NCBI RefSeq assembly: GCF_009914755.1
Contig: NC_060928.1
Direction: 5' to 3' (one strand)
From: the human T2T-CHM13v2.0 reference genome, Homo sapiens
DNA: 64,000 nucleotides
Shown here: positions 57,058 to 64,000 of the stretch, piece after piece
Layout of the letters: every line of letters starts with the position of its first letter
Numbering within the stretch: position 1 is the first letter of the stretch
Notes under the pieces: generated by a model
Database searches by the model: none
What the model saw: the letters and a program-made list of their open reading frames with translations, nothing else
What the model was told of the DNA's origin: nothing
Translations under genes and position numbers: made by a program

Positions 57058-57778
57058 TGATAACGGGAAGGGGGACAGGGAAGTGCTGGGTAGAGAAGAG
57101 TGGGGTCCCCGGCGAGGGCTCCACACTCGGGCCTTATGCCCTCGGACCTAAGTGAAAACAGGCACTCCTGTTTTCGCCTCAATGTTGCATTTTCTGAGAC
57201 CACTCTAGCTGTCACGTCCCCCCCATCCTGTGCCCATATAAACCTGAGACCTTAGCGGGCACACACACAAGCGGCTGAATGTCGAGAGGAACAGAGTGGC
57301 AGAGAATAGCAGAGAGCGGCAGAGAGTGGTGGAGAGCAGCAGGGCAGCACGGCAGAGAAGGAGGGAAGAGGCGTCTGAACATCAAGAGGAGTTGCGTCCA
57401 GAACGGCGGAACTCCAGGGGAAGATTATCCCCACACCCCTCCACCTTCCCGGAATTCCAGCTCCCCATCCCGCTGAAAGTCTCCTCCACTGTTCAACAAA
57501 GTCTCAGCATTCATTACCTTTCAAACAGTTCATATGACCTGATTTGTCCAGTACTCTGGAAAAGAATGGAGGTGGGGAGGTTAACACTCAGCTGTCCCCG
57601 GACAGCAAGGCTAAAGGAGCTCACTATAACACATGCCCACTTGGGCTCTGGCACCTTTCCGTCTGCGTGCTCCCCCTTCCCTCAGGGGTTTGAGCAGCGG
57701 CGGGGGAGGGGACCAAACAGGTGAGCCACACCCCTGCCGCACGTCCTGCAAGGGGAATCGGAAAACCTTCCCATTTTA
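57058..57778 (+). mobile_element. ERV1 solo LTR (LTR27/LTR1-like) with 4-bp TSD TAAC
   Basis: TGA start; GGGAAGTGCTGGGTAGAG...GGCGAGGGCTCCAC; TATAAA at about 57237; TAAC at 57054 and 57779. Confidence 0.8.
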
Positions 57779-58337
57779 TAACCACATGAAAGATGACATC
57801 GCCTGCATCTTCCATGGCTTCCAATACTCGGTGCCAGAATGGTTCTGACTGCAGAGTGGTGAATGTTCCTCCTCCTAATTCCCTACTGGCCTTGATCACC
57901 TAGGCGTGGAGTTTGATACCTGCCCTTAAAAGAGCCAGCCACTTAAAGAACATACTTCTGTTCAAAACGTGCACATGTGAGGCACCCCTTCAGGGATTCC
58001 CTGGAAAACCTTACGAGCCTTTTTGAAGGGGGGGTAAAGCTGAAGGCCCTCTGGGTGTAGGTGGAGCTGAAATTCTGTGCCGTTGATGACTATGCAAATT
58101 TATTTGGATCCAAAGACTCCATGGGCCCAGGGACCTTTAGGCTATATTCAAACAGGGCTGCTATGTAAAGGTACTCACCGATATAGCTAGACCAGTTGTT
58201 TATAACCATCCTTTATAACTATCCTTTTCTGATAGTTAAGTGCTCACGACTGTAATAGTTGTTAAATATTTTAGTATCACTTTTTCCTAATTTTATTACT
58301 TTACAGTTTTGTGTACATGCCTCAGTGACTCAATTAG

Positions 58338-58697
<360 letters not shown>

Positions 58698-59205
58698 TAA
58701 CAATTTTTTTAATGATTGGTCTATGCTATGAGAACAGATTATTACTAAGGTACAAAGTGGTGTTCCAGCTGCAGTTCCCTGCCTGAGCCATGCTGTTTCA
58801 CACCTCTGTGCCTTTGCATATGCTCTCCTTGGGCTTCAAAAGTCCACTTCTCTTGAGTCCAAATAGGTGTTATCCATTGCTCAAGTCCAGGCCACTGACT
58901 CCTCGCCCTTGACCTAGGTAATTGCTTCCTTCTCTTCTCTGCCACTGCATTTTGTACATATTTCAATTGTTTTCCACTTGCTAAATTGTGACACACACCA
59001 TCTTCACAAGGCTACAACCTCCTCTGGAAGGGAGACTTTTGTAACCACAGCAGTGCTTGCACATGATAGGTACTCAAGAAATGCTTATGGCATGAACAAA
59101 TATAGTTTTGTGTTTTAAAAAGCTATACTCATGAGACATTTCATTAGAAGTTATGAAAACTCACTAAATTTACAACGACTTTGAAATGGTTCTTAGGGCG
59201 ACAGA

Positions 59206-59850
59206 TATGGTGAATTGGCCCACATAACCCATTCTTCTCTCCTTCTAGTGTGCTTTCATGATCTGCAAAAACTGAAAGAGCTAAAAATCTACATTACTGA
59301 GTCTGCTTTGCAGCTCAGATTCTGGATGGCATTTGCGGCACTTAGGTTTAGTCAATTAAATGCATTTGTATGAGATTTGGAAGGTAGAAGTGAGGTGAAG
59401 ACAATGGATCTTCCATTTCTGCTATGGCTGCCAGCAAGAATGGGCAGGGACACGTTGGATATTCTGAGGCGGCTATCCCCGTCTGGTTACTAGCTTTCCT
59501 GGTGCCAAAGGAAGGGCATCCAGTTTATGCTGGAATGCATCTAGCAGGAGTAGGGTGACTGTTGTGCCAGGTGCAGTGGAAGTGGCTCCCATCTAAGGAA
59601 GTGCGTTCTTGAATAAACAGTTCCAGTGGGAGCTTCCTCACTGCCCACTTTCAGGTTACAAGAGAGGAAGAAACTTCCCTGCTGGCTAATTCTGGCATAT
59701 TGTTCTGGGGTTATGCCTATGGTTCAGCCTAGAGCCCCAGCCCTTCTAATGACTCTTTGCATCTATTTCCAAGAATTAAAGCTCTTTCTATTGAAAAAGG
59801 CCAGTGTACAATTCGGTTTCTGCAAATGAACAAATTCTTTTCCTGATTTT
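59206..59850 (+). mobile_element. LTR33-like ERVL LTR
   Basis: TGGTGAATTGGCC...TTTGCAGCTCAGATTCTGGATG...GGTTTCTGCAA pattern. Confidence 0.5.
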
Positions 59851-60112
59851 AGATACATGAAGTGCTGTAGAACATTGGAAATGGTTGCCAAAATGAGGGA
59901 AAGGAAGGGGAAGGAAAGGACAGAACGGGAAATGTGAAAGAAGAGGAAGGAAAAGGGAAGGAAGGAGTGTGGGAGAGGTGATAGAGAGGAGAAAAGCAGA
60001 GCACATTCCCAGACTTTTTGTTGCTATTGTTGTTGTTTGAAGAAAATTTAGGAGAAACATTAATGGTCAAACTGCCTTTTTTGCTGGCATTTAAATATCT
60101 ACATTATAATAA

Positions 60113-61858
<1,746 letters not shown>

Positions 61859-62629
61859 TTACTTGGGCACAGAATCCAGCACACCCTCCTTTTTATTCCC
61901 ATAGTTCTGTGCGTCTACCTCTCTACACACTGGCTACTACATGGGTACTGATACATCCACCTCCCCTGCTAGATTGTGAGCTCTTCGGAAAAGTTCATAC
62001 AGGAGCTCTTGAACGTAATACCTGATATTTACTAAAGCTTTTTAGCATTAAAGTGGAATCAATTCTGCACTAAGTTTTAACTGAGTACCTTAAACATAAT
62101 TCATTATAATTATTTCATTTTTCATTTAAGTAATGCAGAAACATAAGTAATAAAGTTAAAGCTACAAATAAATTTATTTTTATTACAGAAATAAAATCAC
62201 TTGCCATAACAGAATTACTTTGATTGTTTATAGAGAAATTAACAACATAAAGAAGAAAATGTTTGCGAAGAAGATTTTATGTGATCAATCAACAAAGACA
62301 TGAAGCATGGAGATTTTGAGAAAAGTCAGGAAACTATAGAGAAAGACAGGTATAAGTCACTGGGGAGAGAGTTGGTGGCAAATGTGGGTGCTGGTGCCCA
62401 ACAGCCTCGCAAAAACTATCATGTTTAATTAGAGGCAAAGGGAATATTATAGAAACTCAAAAGAAATGAGAAATCAATAACAACAACCAATGGTACACAC
62501 TCATCTAAGAGCCTTTGGACCACCAAAAATATATCAGATTTAATTAGTCCCACTAATTCCATGTTCACTTTGGAAACTTGAAAACCTTGTGGCCTGAGTG
62601 TGCAAATAAAGTAAATTATCATTTTAAAA

Positions 62630-64000
62630 GTACATGGAGAAAAAAAGAAAACTCCACCCCTGCCTCACACCACCACAAAAATTAATTCAATATGGATCAC
62701 AGACCTAAACACAAAAGCTAAAATTATAAAGCTTCTAGAATAAAACATAGGAAAATAGTCTCATAACTTTGGGGTAGGCAAAGTTTCTTAGAAAGGGCAC
62801 AAAAAAGACACTCAATCTAAAAGAAAAAAAATTTTTTTAGACAGTCTCACTCTGTCACCCAGGCTGGAGTGCAGTGGCGCCATCTCGGCTAACTGCAACC
62901 TCCGCTTCCTTAGTTCAATTATCTTGCCTCAGTCACCAGAGTAGCTGGGATTACAGGCACCTGCCACCATGCCTGGCTAATTTTTTTGTATTTTTAGTAG
63001 AGTCGGGGTTTCACCATGTTGGCCAGGTTGCTCTCAAACTCCTGACCTCAAGCGACCTGCCCGCCTTGGCCTCCCAAAGTGCTGGGATTACAGTTGTGAG
63101 CCACCACGTCCAGCTCTAAAAGAAATTCGCGATGCATTGGATATCATCAAAAATTATAAACTTTTGCTTATCAAAAGACATATAAGAAGATGTAAAGGCA
63201 AGCCACAGATAATCATATTCACAGTACATTTATCTGACAAGACTTATATACATAATATTTATGAAATTTTTTGCAAATCAACCATAAAAACAACCCAATA
63301 AAAATATAAACAAAAATCATCAACAAATCCTTCCTAAAAGAAGATATAAAAATAACTAATAAGCACATGAAAATGTGCTTAACTCATCAGTCAACAAATA
63401 AATGCAAATTAAAACCACAAGATACTTTTTCACACCTAGTACAATGGCTAAAATTTAAAAGACCAACACCCCAAATGTCACGCATGTCACTGGTGGGACA
63501 AAAGATTGTACAACCTCTTTGGCAAACTGTCTGGCAGTTACCTACAAACACACAACTACTCTGTTTCTCACTAATTTCAGTATATGTATTTACTCAATTT
63601 AAGATGGATCACTGACCTAAACATAGAAGCTAAAATTATAAAGCTTCTAGATGAAAACATAGGAAAATATCCTCATGACCTTGGGATAGGCAACACTTCT
63701 TAGAGAGGGCACAAAAAAGACACTAAATCTAAAATAAATTTTTGATGCATTGGATATCATTAGAATTCCAATCTTTTGCTTATCAAAACACATATGATGA
63801 AATGAAATAATATGTATATAAAAACACTTGTACAAGAATGTTTTCATTAGCTATATATATAGAAGTCCCAAACAGGAAGCAACCCATATTTTCATCAATA
63901 GAGGAATGGATAAGCAATCTGGTTTAAAAAAACAATGAAATACTTTTCAGCAATAAATAGAAATGAACTCCTGATACTTCCAACAACATGGATGAATCCC
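62630..64000 (+). mobile_element. Old L1 (L1MC/ME-like) 3' ORF2 fragments with a nested Alu at 62832-63114 (-)
   Basis: ATGGATCACAGACCTAAA...CTTCTAGAATAAAACATAGG; CAACAACATGGATGAATC. Confidence 0.75.

Overview
Primate genomic DNA; both proteins match what I recognise as the human NFXL1-CNGA1 locus (4p12). The left part holds the 5' half of NFXL1 on the minus strand: a probable non-coding first exon and eight coding exons, with a CpG-island promoter at about 17.2-18.2 kb. The right part holds the whole CNGA1 coding sequence on the minus strand: eight exons, 2061 nt, 686 aa, poly(A) signal at 39239. I read every coding-exon boundary from the sequence as GT-AG and checked phase continuity. The rest is mostly transposable elements: about 25 Alus, a full-length but dead L1PA, older L1/L2/MIR, an ERVL remnant, solo LTRs and DNA-transposon MITEs. 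I found no convincing undescribed protein-coding system. The most unusual structures are a palindromic 25-bp minisatellite inside the L1 promoter, a tight inverted AluY pair sharing a rare substitution, inverted THE1 LTRs and a MER85 around the first CNGA1 coding exons, an Alu/LTR chimera and several local duplications. Repeat boundaries and subfamily names were judged by eye and are approximate; exon numbers follow the usual annotation as I recall it.
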